48,351 nucleotides of DNA from an uncultured Muribaculaceae bacterium (lineage in GTDB: Bacteria; Cyanobacteriota; Vampirovibrionia; Gastranaerophilales; Gastranaerophilaceae): positions 1-48,351 of the forward strand of contig CAZKJV010000001.1 in assembly GCA_964553175.1 (NCBI GenBank). Direction: 5' to 3'. Both the position numbers and the translations under genes were made by a program. Under the pieces are notes generated by a model. The model saw only the letters and a list, made by a program, of their open reading frames with translations. It was not told where the DNA came from and did no database searches. Of the stretch, positions 28,901 through 35,593 are shown piece by piece. The stretch's first letter is position 1. Each line of letters begins with the position of its first letter.

Positions 28901-29267
28901 AATCGGTATCTTCTTTAATGTTGATAATTCAGGTAACATTTTTGCCGAAACTGATACGTCTGATTTGTACTTGTACGATACAACTAAAGTTTTAGACATT
29001 TTGGAACAAATGAAAGAAACTGAACAATTGCCGACAGATAAATTAGTTCAAATTGAAAATTATTTCGGAAAAGGTCATATTGAAGAAATCAAAACGACTG
29101 ATGCTGATTACTTTACAATGGAACAAATTAATGCGGTAAAACAAGCAGTAACAACTTGGTTGAATGATAAAGGTTATATGACAACGGAAGATGTTCTAAA
29201 ATCTAATGATGAAGCCTTGATTACTGAAATGCTTCAACAATACAATGTTACTTGGCAAAATCCTTAA
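19971..29267 (+). CDS. Giant RTX-family T1SS substrate, 3098 aa: N-terminal papain-fold-like domain, ~13 RTX/HCBP-type modules and a C-terminal non-repeat region
   Basis: Uninterrupted 9.3-kb ORF with dozens of GGxGxDxUx nonapeptides. Sits directly downstream of the OMP-ABC-MFP genes. Acidic and Cys-poor outside the N-terminal domain. Strong terminator follows. Confidence 0.95.
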   Translation: MAQFNDKTTGLNVSKNSDTMTSSVNVTKLDKGVNNVTLIDYNDAMVKKGSEISSSLAKNEDYSIYGAPSKWILDQEQQYNNCGVESCLNILATAGLYDIKDQKEDEDKFTQWAITNKFTSETGEELTYCDDYPPIGVLNIEDGGTVYEQRKEILSHYGIESSSLGGYYEEGYDWYVDQLQNDPEMKNAYDEYILKVDVYNDLIDEYNELVAGGKTEEAMAMIPEILLASMEVYAYQASLMSLVVDSWNVEFKKSHSDAEVLAEIVDTVKSGKGVIASGDARYLWPDYEAEEYVGHAITLLGVVCDSEDKAVGFYIQDTGNPAVGFAFITTEQLMKFITSNGTDYWNGVIQMNVTNEEIKSWADKLSAIGNNANNILIGNDNENVLNGMGGNDQLVGNGGNDTLDGGDGNDTLIGGEGDDVLMGGAGNDTYVFSKNCGNDTVDFGVSGSDKLIFTDVAFADLKYEKSDMDLVITYNEIPNAEDPLVVDSTETVTIKDYFKGNNHFLLVDVQDSSGDTKTLQSLITGNIPIEFNEDKATLVYGTFLDDDITAPSTNVYDDTIYGAAGNDTIVTYGGNDLIYGDSYDEENPFVEPLEGETYDDYIEAGLGDDTIYGEAGNNTIVFNANNTIQDGLTNSIVGDGNDVVYSGQGTDALVFKGVKYEDLTITFDGDNLVIKYGMDSANPDSTVTIVDYLKDGNLTSSVKYIVDTDGTRYSIADNLSGFEINGIADAKNELNGSTLSDTITGANFADVISAGKGNDIIQGKEGHDTIDGGDGDDIIDGGDGNDELYGGNGDDIITGGKGNDKLYGGAGNNQFIFSNDDGNDVIYSGNGNDTIIFKEEIKDNLVFINDNQGNLIIRYGNNSELTIKDYFTNSGQSSVTNIIDSAGKNYYIPNLLKDIVMEPNPLYDNDLNGSFLGETINGSDNRDIIHGNGGNDTINGGKGHDEIYGGNGDDVLDGGDGNDELYGEAGNNEIYGGKGNDTINGGDGENRIHFKVGDGNDVVLVGKGVDTIVFDDFEFSKLEYCKDPYSNDLIIRYGNVDADGKYTDSVTIKDYFNTKVKKSIYRIEALYKTGEDEVITREMNFIINDKDTVVKIESIDTQVNNFIGSIYNDYIECGDYSEFTGNTYNGGNGNDTIKGGIREDLIYGGNGNDVLYGGDDRDTIYGGNGDDTIYGGNGSDYLVGETGENTFHFEAIENPTNDLHLLNNDTIISGKGTDILFFDNVKSDDLEFFQDGNDLIIKYGETDEIKENNSVTIENYFKYKGNVSVKTIKTVEGQDPVTSEDIVKVADLRAYMTDKVLTVMAKQDVKNSLVGSYNNDKMTGGNLDDTLKGGNGNDTILGEDGNDKLYGENGNDAIFGGNGNDYIDGGNGDDLLHGGENDDTIYGGNGNDEIYGDAGDDKLYGVSGKNNFYFTLGDGNDTVYAGKGSDVLNFIDAEFADMKFIRSGNDLIIQYNDAGDTVTLANYSKSSSSSIKKLVDKNNVEYDIQNAITVLFDGEQGEKNKLSGTYMKDSITGGYYNDTVDGGNGDDTIIGNRGNDSLVGGNGNDIIYGDKEIPSGTPGTYDDDDIIRGGNGNDSIYGGYGNDKLYGDAGNNSLYFNETDFDGNDTVYGGKGQDTLYFKDLGIDNLKFKRSGNDLIITYDNNGTNESSVNIANYFKNKNSSVKEIVTTDGTHTILADDSDIVVDIQGNADAKNKITGTFLNDVIVGGDYNDTLSGGDGNDVIRGGDGNDLIKGGNGDDTILGGNGNDRLYGEAGDNTFEFSVGSGQDLVYVGNGSNKIKFIDVNEADVVVSRDGNNLVLSYGTDDKVTVVNYFKTSGIMNVDCEFADTTTKSLTEMYNASVTATQMSEAGKVVKGTNDNDVIEAVGNQTIYAYDGNDIIDTSDKNTIVYAGNGDDTISNNGGNDKFYGEGGTNIIAFKSAFGNDTVYSGKGYDILEFAEELHSLRFTKKGNDLVVSCEHDSNSVTIANYFKNKNSSVKEIVTTDGTHTILADDSDIVVDIQGNADAKNKITGTFLNDVIVGGDYNDTLSGGDGNDVIRGGDGNDLIKGGNGDDTILGGNGNDRLYGEGGNNTFEFYLYAGRDTVYSGKGYDTLDFKELTPGRYEFEFYNDSKNNLIIRAKDDIGQYVNEVTIANYFKLKGDTSIKEIKDNTNTYYLKEIDGKIALVNKADETQVIQKDILLIGSETSKNKLTGSYLDDSIKGGKANDSLYGGDGNDTIEAGNGNDYINAGNGNDVVYGDFQDVTSLIGGNDKIYGGNGNDTLYGGTGHDSLYGENDNDELHGGLGNDYLDGGKGDDVIYGDAGNDVIRGGDGDDTLYGGIGDDKIYGDAGTNYIHFDFGDGQDTVYSGKGTDTLVFDAVDDFNKLKFQNSNGDLIISYNDTNEYDKVILTGYFKTSSSSVKYIQVGPDDVNTKLLIELLAEDGKYIQMNGVQNKKNSLSGSTYNDSIIGGNLADTISGGNGHDYIEGGNGNDRLLGNDGRDTIYGGDGNDSIDGGVENDLLHGGRGNDTIRGGDGDDEIYGDTGNDKLYGDAGVNTFHFAVGDGNDIVYSGSGHDILDFGALDLMTDFRFVKNGNDLIVYYGAVTGMVDSVTISSYFKGNTSINTIVANYNGEKTTVDIKDFAKIEINGSVNKSNKITGTNTDDVITGGTRNDTLSGGAGEDVIQGGAGNDYITGGRDDDELYGGAGNDTIYGGTGDDIIVGGLDNDKLYGDAGENTFIFRDGDGRDTIYSGSGTDTLEFEGMTANDLSFEYDKSSGSIIINYGSRRYDYVYIDSFLKNNGITSVKYVVTQDEVDPNAKVTTDLVDLINDRMVDITAIGKKTTDGTSLNDRIISDDKGSVTINGGNGNDSIVGSRFNDTIYGGVDNDTIFGNGGSDMIYGGAGDDELHGGNGDYNYLYGDAGNDTIYGDVNSKYDYLFGGAGDDEINISSKYYTEAYGGEGNDSYSIDGIIPAKISDSAGDSDVLSISAQKDKIGIFFNVDNSGNIFAETDTSDLYLYDTTKVLDILEQMKETEQLPTDKLVQIENYFGKGHIEEIKTTDADYFTMEQINAVKQAVTTWLNDKGYMTTEDVLKSNDEALITEMLQQYNVTWQNP
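20148..21035 (+). other. N-terminal papain-fold-like (clan CA-like) Cys/His/Asp domain of the RTX protein (residues ~60-355)
   Basis: DQEQQYNNC(82)GVESCLNIL gives a Gln-rich stretch before a Cys at a predicted helix start. VGH(295)AITLLGVV and YIQD(317)TG follow. A helical insert of about 210 aa lies between the Cys and the His. Confidence 0.5.
24933..25239 (+). repeat. 307-bp perfect direct repeat, copy 1 (inside the RTX gene)
   Basis: Base-for-base identical to 25878-26184 (offset 945 bp = 315 codons). The flanking module sequence is strongly diverged. Confidence 0.95.
25878..26184 (+). repeat. 307-bp perfect direct repeat, copy 2 (inside the RTX gene)
   Basis: Identical to 24933-25239. 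Encodes IANYFKNKNSSVKEIVTTDGTHTILADD…GGNGNDRLYGE in both copies. Confidence 0.95.
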
Positions 29268-29286
29268 TCCGTAAATTTATAAAATG

Positions 29287-29329
29287 AAAGATGGCACTAG
29301 GGTCACCTAATGCCATCTTTTTATTTTTT
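29287..29329 (+). terminator. Intrinsic terminator after the RTX gene
   Basis: AAAGATGGCA(C)TAGG-GTCA-CCTA(A)TGCCATCTTT hairpin followed by TTATTTTTT. Confidence 0.85.
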
Positions 29330-29340
29330 AATAGTAGAAA

Positions 29341-30315
29341 ATGAATTTTTTATTGTTTTATTATTCGTGTTATAATTTTTTTGATATGCTTATAAGTTTT
29401 TTGCAACAAATTAATAGTTTCAACGAATATTGTATGGATTTTATTATAAATTGTATACAATTTTTGCATATTCCTGAATTTTTGTTAGAGGCTATTGCGG
29501 AAAGCATTACTCTTATTCCGTTTTTGTTTGTAATTTTTGTTTTTATAGAAATCTTTGAAAATTATTTTGCTGAAAAAATTGAAAAGATTTCTCTAGGTTC
29601 AAAAGTGTGGGGGCCTTTTATCGGTAGTTGTCTTGCAATAATTCCGCAGTGTGGATTTTCTGTTATTGCAACGATGCTTTATTTAAAAAGATTTATTACT
29701 TTGGGAACTTTGATTGCCGTGTATTTGTCAACAAGTGATGAAGCTATTCCTATTTTATTGGTTTATCCTGAACATTTTTCGGTTATAAAAAATGTAATTT
29801 TTGCAAAAATTTTAATCGGTGTTTTTGCAGGGTATATTATTGATTTTATCTTTAAAACTAAATTAAATAATGAGCCTAAAGTCGTTGAAGTTTGTGAATG
29901 CGGTTGTTGTAATAATGAGATTAAAACCCCTGTTACTAATTTGTTTTTGCACCCTGTAAAACATACGTTGAATATTTTTGTATTTATTTTAATTATAAAT
30001 TGTCTTTTAAGTTGGGCTTTTGGTTATGCAAAGGAGTCGCTAAATGCAATCTTTAACGTAAATCAATTTATTCAAGTAATTTTGATTTCAATTATTGGAT
30101 TAATCCCAAATTGTGCATCTTCAGTTTTGATTGTAATGTTATTTTTGAAAAACGTTATTGGCTTTGGCTCTTTAATTGCTGGACTTTCAACAAACGCAGG
30201 ACTTGGATTGTTGGTGTTGCTTAAAAATAATCCATCAATAAAAGACTCATTAAAAATAGTTTTAATCGTTTTTGTAATAGCGGTTTTGTCAGGTTTAATT
30301 TTGCAAATAGTTTAA
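29341..30315 (+). CDS. Polytopic membrane protein, possibly ArsP_2-type 10-TM metal(loid) exporter
   Basis: About 10 hydrophobic segments. IIPQCGFSV and YLSTSDEAIPIL motifs and a Cys cluster (CECGCCNNE). Start uncertain: an extended -10 (TGtTATAAT, 29368-29376) lies inside the ORF, favouring ATG 29386 or 29434. Confidence 0.7.
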   Translation: MNFLLFYYSCYNFFDMLISFLQQINSFNEYCMDFIINCIQFLHIPEFLLEAIAESITLIPFLFVIFVFIEIFENYFAEKIEKISLGSKVWGPFIGSCLAIIPQCGFSVIATMLYLKRFITLGTLIAVYLSTSDEAIPILLVYPEHFSVIKNVIFAKILIGVFAGYIIDFIFKTKLNNEPKVVEVCECGCCNNEIKTPVTNLFLHPVKHTLNIFVFILIINCLLSWAFGYAKESLNAIFNVNQFIQVILISIIGLIPNCASSVLIVMLFLKNVIGFGSLIAGLSTNAGLGLLVLLKNNPSIKDSLKIVLIVFVIAVLSGLILQIV

Positions 30316-30340
30316 TTAAAAAAATGAATTTTTACTAAAA

Positions 30341-30366
30341 GGCGGATTTAATTTATTAAATCCGCC
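30341..30366. terminator. Bidirectional hairpin terminator between convergent genes
   Basis: GGCGGATTTA-ATTTAT-TAAATCCGCC flanked by A-rich and T-rich tracts. Confidence 0.7.
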
Positions 30367-30387
30367 TTGTTATTATGTTTTAGTTTA

Positions 30388-30927
30388 TTAATTCCATTTT
30401 GTTTTGTCTAAAAATAATTTTATTGCCTCTTTGAAATTTTTTGGTGTGTCCAGTGATTGCTCTGTACTTTCGTAAGTCGGAGTTATCGGTTTTCCTTTTA
30501 AAATTAGTCTTTTATATGACAATAAAATTATAAATATAATAACTGATGAGATGCAAACCCAAAGCATTGCAAGAACAAATTTGAAGATAACGTTTACATA
30601 GCTTCTTTTTGGTCTTGTTTGTTTTTTGATTTCTTGGGTAATTGGTTTTATTTCATCTTGAGTTGCCTCTTGGATTGCTTGGTTAGCGTTTTCAAGAGTC
30701 CCATTTACCGCTTGATGAACCAAAGTTTCTGTTGCCGGCTGATTTTGAGTTGTTTGAGTTTGTTGTGTTGCAACTTGAGTTTGTGCCGATTGTATCGCAT
30801 CTGAATAAGATGTAGAAACAGGCATTGCATTTTCACCAACCGCAAACGACACTTGTTGTACCAAAATACAACTAAACAAAATTATAAATGATTTTATAAA
30901 ATTATTCTTCAACCGTTGTTGCCTCAT
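30388..30927 (-). CDS. Hypothetical secreted or membrane-anchored Q/T-rich protein
   Basis: Signal-like N-terminus (…FIKSFIILFSCILVQQVSFA/VGE), a low-complexity Q/T region and a C-terminal TM helix (VIFKFVLAMLWVCISSVIIFIILL). The ORF-track N-terminus (to 31044) overlaps the rng tail in another frame. Start is ATG 30927 or TTG 30912. Confidence 0.6.
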   Translation of the reverse strand: MRQQRLKNNFIKSFIILFSCILVQQVSFAVGENAMPVSTSYSDAIQSAQTQVATQQTQTTQNQPATETLVHQAVNGTLENANQAIQEATQDEIKPITQEIKKQTRPKRSYVNVIFKFVLAMLWVCISSVIIFIILLSYKRLILKGKPITPTYESTEQSLDTPKNFKEAIKLFLDKTKWN

Positions 30928-32635
30928 CTGTTTTTTTAGTTTTTGTTTGACGTTTAGTTTTTGAACCGCCTCTGTTTGGTCTGCGTGTTCTTTTTGGTTT
31001 TTCTTCTGTAATTTCAGGTGTTTCTGTTTCAGTTTTTTCTTCAACTTTAACTTCCGTAATTACAGGTTTTATTTCGTCTTCTTTTGTAATCATCGTTTCA
31101 GCAGTTTTTACGTTTGCATCTTCAACTAGCTGTTTTTTATTGAAATTACGTTTTTGATTTTTTTGTTTTTTGTTATCTTTACGTTTTTGAGTTTCCTCTT
31201 GAGCTGAAACAGATGGATTTTCTGTTGTCATTTCAATTGGTTTTATTTCCTCTTGATTATTTTCTTGAATTTGAGGTTGTTGTTGAACATTGTTATTTTG
31301 TTTTTTATTGTTGTTTTTCTTGAAACCGCTGATTGGTAATTTCATTTTTGCTGCTTTTGCTCTATATTCGCCCTCTGCTGTTGGAGATGCAAATTTGAAA
31401 TCTTCAACGATATAGCCTTCGCCGTGGCAGTGTGGACATTTTTTTGCAAAAATTTCTGAAATTGCTTGACCTTGTCTGTGGCGAGTCATTTCTACAAGTC
31501 CTAAGTCTGATAATTGACCCACTTGAGGTTTTGCTTTGTCGTCTTCAATTGCAAGTTCAAGTTCTTCCATAATTGCAAGTTTGTCAACACGAGATGTCAT
31601 ATCAATAAAGTCAATGATAATCATACCGCCGATATTACGTAAGCGTAATTGTCTAGCGATTTCGTGAACTGCTTCAATATTTGTTTTTAAAATTGTTTCA
31701 TCTTGAGTTGCAGAGCTTACGAATTTACCGGAGTTTACGTCGATAACTGTAAGTGCTTCTGTTTGTTGAATGAACAAGTAACCGCCTGATGGCATATTAA
31801 CTTTCATATTTAATGCCGCTTTGATTTCTTTGTGTACGTTTGTTGCAATCAATAACGGTTCATTTCCTTTGTAAAGAGTTACTTGAATATTTTTGTTCAT
31901 GTGCCAATTTTGTAATAAGGCTTGAACTCTGTTTAGTGCAAATGCAGTGTCAACAATGATTTCAGTAACTTCTTCCGAGCAAGCTTCTCTGATAACTCTG
32001 TATAAAAGGTCTTGGTCACGATAAATCAAGCTTGGTGGAGTTAGAGATTCTGCTGCAGTTACAATGTTGTTCCATTTTTCTAAAAGAATTTCTAAGTCTT
32101 CTTGAATATCAGCTTCTGATTGACCTTCTGCTTCTGTTCTAATGATTACGCCTACTCCAACAGGTTTTAATAAGCTGATAATAGATTTTAATCTTGCACG
32201 TTCTTTTGATGATTCAATCTTACGGCTTACGTTTATACCGGGTTCAGATGGCATAAGTACTAAAAATCTTCCAGGTAGGCTTATTTCAGTTGTAACTCTT
32301 GGACCTTTGTGTCCTGTTGGTTCTTTTACAACTTGAACAACTAATTTTTGGTTTGGTGAAAGTTTGTCTTTTAATGCACCTTTACCCATAACGTCTTGTG
32401 CGTGTAAAAAGCCCATTTTGTCTACGCCAACATCAACGAATGCTGCATCAATACTTGGCAAAACATTTTGAACTGTTGCTAAATAAACGTCACCTAATAA
32501 AACTTCACCACGATTGATGTAAAGGTCTAAAACCTTATCACCTTCCATTAAAGCACCAATGTTATCACGTTCTGCAATTACAATTTTTCTTGACGTAGGA
32601 CGCTCTTTTGATGCGTAATTCTTTTTGTCTTTCAT
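30902..32635 (-). CDS. rng: Ribonuclease E/G family endoribonuclease
   Basis: 577 aa. S1 domain (GDVYLATVQNVLPSIDAAFVDVG), catalytic GGMIIIDFIDM, a Zn-link CPHCHGEG and a K/E/Q-rich disordered tail. Confidence 0.9.
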   Translation of the reverse strand: MKDKKNYASKERPTSRKIVIAERDNIGALMEGDKVLDLYINRGEVLLGDVYLATVQNVLPSIDAAFVDVGVDKMGFLHAQDVMGKGALKDKLSPNQKLVVQVVKEPTGHKGPRVTTEISLPGRFLVLMPSEPGINVSRKIESSKERARLKSIISLLKPVGVGVIIRTEAEGQSEADIQEDLEILLEKWNNIVTAAESLTPPSLIYRDQDLLYRVIREACSEEVTEIIVDTAFALNRVQALLQNWHMNKNIQVTLYKGNEPLLIATNVHKEIKAALNMKVNMPSGGYLFIQQTEALTVIDVNSGKFVSSATQDETILKTNIEAVHEIARQLRLRNIGGMIIIDFIDMTSRVDKLAIMEELELAIEDDKAKPQVGQLSDLGLVEMTRHRQGQAISEIFAKKCPHCHGEGYIVEDFKFASPTAEGEYRAKAAKMKLPISGFKKNNNKKQNNNVQQQPQIQENNQEEIKPIEMTTENPSVSAQEETQKRKDNKKQKNQKRNFNKKQLVEDANVKTAETMITKEDEIKPVITEVKVEEKTETETPEITEEKPKRTRRPNRGGSKTKRQTKTKKTDEATTVEE

Positions 32636-32652
32636 TTAAAATTCCTTTTCTT

Positions 32653-35157
32653 TTATAACTTCAAAAGATTTTCATCAAAAAAATCAAGTCGTTTGATATC
32701 AAAAACCATATCTTCGCAAATTAAATTCATTACATCATCTGCTCTAACAGCAGGAATTTCACTGCCTTGACCTGTTTTTAATATCAAATACAAGTCATCG
32801 TTTTCAAAACGATATGATTTAATCGACGATTTTATATTTGAAGTTTTTAGTAAACCTTTTTTGTTTTTCTTCGTGAGTAAAAGTTCTTCACGAGATAAAA
32901 CCATATCACAATTATACCTAAAAGATTTTAAATTACAATCATCTTTTTTGATAAGTGATACTTTGTATTCTGCCCATTGTGCCGTGTGGTCAATTGCCGG
33001 AGTTCCTTTTTCAAGTTCTTTAACTGACAAAATATCACAGCCTGTCGGCAAAAATTTGCTTAGAGTTTCATTTAATTCTTCGCAAGTAATTCTGTTTAGT
33101 AGTTCAATGTCAACAAGTTCGGCATTACTTTCTAAAAATAACGGTAATGCGACCCCCATAGAAACTTTTGGTGTCGGGTTAAAACCTTGTGTGAATGCAA
33201 CTTTCAAGTTAGAACGTAAAATAGCTTTTAAGAAAGTATTTTGCCAATCAAGGTGAGAAAAATATCTTAAAATGCCTAATTTTGTTACTTTTAAACGGTA
33301 TTTGAATGTTTCAATTGTTGGTGCCGTTCTTGGGTCGATGTGTGCGTGTTCTTTTTTTACGTAACCTTTTGCCGTATAAGGTTTATCAAGTATTTTTTTG
33401 ACTTTTAAGTTAGGGCAAACTCCACAATTTACGCACTTTTGTTCGCAAGTCGGTTGAAGATTAAATTCGTTACCTTGCTCAAATGCTTTTTTGTATTCTT
33501 CAACAAACCACTGTTTATTTACGCCAATATTGATGAAATCCCACGGTAATTCTTCCTCACTAGAAAATCCTGTTAAAGCTCGTTGAGTTATGTCAATACC
33601 GCATTCTTGGGCGGTTTTGTGCCATACGTCTTTGTTAAAATATTCACCCCACGCATCTAAATAACAGCCTTTTTCATAAAGTTTTTTGATATAACCGCAA
33701 AGGTCTGCACCACCTCTTGTTAAAACTGCTTCTATTTGTGATACTGATGGCTCGTGATAGTTTAGTTTTAGCCCTTTTATGTGTTTTGTTTTATCTTTTA
33801 AGTACATAACGTGAGCCATAACTTCATCTAAATCCATTTGAGGACAAAATTCAAATGGTGTAAATGGTTTTGGTACAAAAATTGATAATGTACAAGTTAT
33901 ATCAAGTCCGTGTTTTAGACCTTTTTCGGCTTTTAATCCTCTGCATCTGTAACGGATTTTCTCCATTAAAGTTGCCATTTCGTCCATATCTTCAAGTGTT
34001 TCTGTCGGAAGTCCTATGATAAAATAGAATTTAATTCTACTCCAACCGTTTTCATAAAGAGTTAGGACAGCGTCTAAAATTTGTTCTTCTGAAATATTCT
34101 TTTTGATTACATTTCTAAGTCTTTGGCTACCTGCTTCAGGGGCAAGTGTCATTGTTGATTTGCGAACTGATTGAGTAAGTTCTGCAAGTTCAAGGTTAAA
34201 TCCGTCAATACGTTGACTTGGTAGTGATACCCCGATTTTCTTTTCGTCAAATTCACAACTTAATTCTTTTATAACTTCTTTTATATTTGAATAATCGTTT
34301 GAAGATAGCGAAAGTAAAGAATATTCGTCATAACCTGTATTGTGTACAAGTTCTTTTGTTATTTTTATAATTTCTTCTGCCGGGCGTTCTCTAACTGGTA
34401 AAGTAACGTGTCCCGGTTGACAGAAACGGCACATTCTTCCGCAACCTCGTCGGATTTCAACGATTGCTCTATCGTGAATTGAAGCTGAATATGCAATTGG
34501 GTGTTGGGTTAATGCTGTGTCGTAAGTTAGGGGTTCTACTCGTTTTTCAACGGTTCCGCCCACTTGTGCTGACCAAAAACCTTTTAATTTGCATAATTCT
34601 TCTATTTTTTGTTTTCTTGGTAAACCTTTTGTTTTTTCAAGAACTTCGCACATTTCAATAATCGCTTGTTCTCCGTCACCGATTACGAATACGTCAATAA
34701 ATTCTGAAATCGGTAAAGGATTGAATGCACAAGGTCCACCAGCTAAAACGATAGGCTCATCGTCTGTGCGGTCTTTGTTTTGTACGTGAATTCCTGCCAT
34801 ATCAAGCATTTTTAATACTGTTGGGTATGCAAGTTCGTATTGCAAAGAAAAACCTATTGCATCAAAATCTTTAATCGGACGTTTTGTTTCAACTCCGTAT
34901 AATAAATTTGGCTTGAAATCAGGTTCTGGGGCATAAGTTCTGTCCGCCATATAGTGTTCTTGTTTGTTTATTTGGTTGTACAAAATTCTTGCACCTAAAT
35001 TACTTATCCCGATTTCGTATTTGTCAGGGAAACACATTGCATAGCGAACTGTTGCCTTATCAAAATCTTTGTTTGCTGAGAAAATTTCCCCACCAACATA
35101 TTGATAAGGTTTTGAACATTTATGTAAGTTTTCGTGATATTCTTCAAAAAAATGCAA
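32653..35157 (-). CDS. B12-binding-domain radical SAM protein fused to a DUF2344-like C-terminal domain
   Basis: 834 aa. CGRMCRFC (CxxxCxxC) cluster motif. N-terminal PYQYVGGE. C-terminal ~230 aa (FKYRLKVTKLGILRYFSHLD) resembles the domain often encoded next to, or fused with, this radical SAM family upstream of rng. Confidence 0.8.
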   Translation of the reverse strand: MHFFEEYHENLHKCSKPYQYVGGEIFSANKDFDKATVRYAMCFPDKYEIGISNLGARILYNQINKQEHYMADRTYAPEPDFKPNLLYGVETKRPIKDFDAIGFSLQYELAYPTVLKMLDMAGIHVQNKDRTDDEPIVLAGGPCAFNPLPISEFIDVFVIGDGEQAIIEMCEVLEKTKGLPRKQKIEELCKLKGFWSAQVGGTVEKRVEPLTYDTALTQHPIAYSASIHDRAIVEIRRGCGRMCRFCQPGHVTLPVRERPAEEIIKITKELVHNTGYDEYSLLSLSSNDYSNIKEVIKELSCEFDEKKIGVSLPSQRIDGFNLELAELTQSVRKSTMTLAPEAGSQRLRNVIKKNISEEQILDAVLTLYENGWSRIKFYFIIGLPTETLEDMDEMATLMEKIRYRCRGLKAEKGLKHGLDITCTLSIFVPKPFTPFEFCPQMDLDEVMAHVMYLKDKTKHIKGLKLNYHEPSVSQIEAVLTRGGADLCGYIKKLYEKGCYLDAWGEYFNKDVWHKTAQECGIDITQRALTGFSSEEELPWDFINIGVNKQWFVEEYKKAFEQGNEFNLQPTCEQKCVNCGVCPNLKVKKILDKPYTAKGYVKKEHAHIDPRTAPTIETFKYRLKVTKLGILRYFSHLDWQNTFLKAILRSNLKVAFTQGFNPTPKVSMGVALPLFLESNAELVDIELLNRITCEELNETLSKFLPTGCDILSVKELEKGTPAIDHTAQWAEYKVSLIKKDDCNLKSFRYNCDMVLSREELLLTKKNKKGLLKTSNIKSSIKSYRFENDDLYLILKTGQGSEIPAVRADDVMNLICEDMVFDIKRLDFFDENLLKL

Positions 35158-35159
35158 TT

Positions 35160-35501
35160 TTATGCTAAACCTTCCGGAAAATATTTGTCAATTTCAATTA
35201 TTGTGCCATTTAGTTTGTTGTTATTAAACTTTTCCATAAATTTGAAAAGTTCATCGTTTTTAACGTCATAGTTATACATCCAAACTTCGCCGTTAACTTC
35301 TCTCATAACACGTACGATATAATGGCAACCCTCTGCATATTTTTTTAGCAAAGATGCGTTAAATTTTTTGTTGTTTTTATCTTTATTGATTTTTACGTAA
35401 TGAAAACCTTCAAAAAATCTTATTTGTTCAAGTTCTTCGTGTGTTAAGGTTCTGTTTACTTTTGAAAATAAATCTATAACTTTGTCGTTTTTATCTGTCA
35501 T
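35160..35501 (-). CDS. Hypothetical protein, 113 aa
   Basis: ORF ends 2 nt before the radical SAM start, so it is probably the first gene of that operon. No recognisable motif. Confidence 0.6.
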   Translation of the reverse strand: MTDKNDKVIDLFSKVNRTLTHEELEQIRFFEGFHYVKINKDKNNKKFNASLLKKYAEGCHYIVRVMREVNGEVWMYNYDVKNDELFKFMEKFNNNKLNGTIIEIDKYFPEGLA

Positions 35502-35593
35502 ATCTTCCTCTTTTTATAACAATGATACAAAAAATATGAGAATATGTAAAGTTTGCAATTTTAATGTATAATGAGAAAAACGGAGAGATAAAA

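Noticed and set aside
21017-28999. Many 60-100-aa ORFs inside the RTX gene, antisense or in alternative frames (e.g. 21562-21828, 23433-23695, 24544-24846, 26607-26825, 27405-27596).
   Set aside because: They are low-complexity translations (runs of H/Y/L or V/T/I) produced by the repetitive GGTAATGAT/GGCGGAAAC codon pattern. They have no SD sequences and are fully embedded in a much better-supported 9.3-kb ORF.
19971-29267. HlyA-type pore-forming haemolysin/leukotoxin, or a MARTX toxin.
   Set aside because: There is no hydrophobic pore-forming N-terminal region, no adjacent acyltransferase gene and no internal CPD/ACD-type effector block. The repeats are the RTX plus beta-module type typical of large surface or scaffold proteins.
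30928-31044. N-terminal 39 aa (MKKKLKQKHLKLQKK…) of the ORF-track 218-aa protein.
   Set aside because: This stretch is an alternative frame of the K/E-rich rng tail. The recognisable signal peptide begins at the internal ATG 30927 or TTG 30912, so the extension is treated as an artefact.
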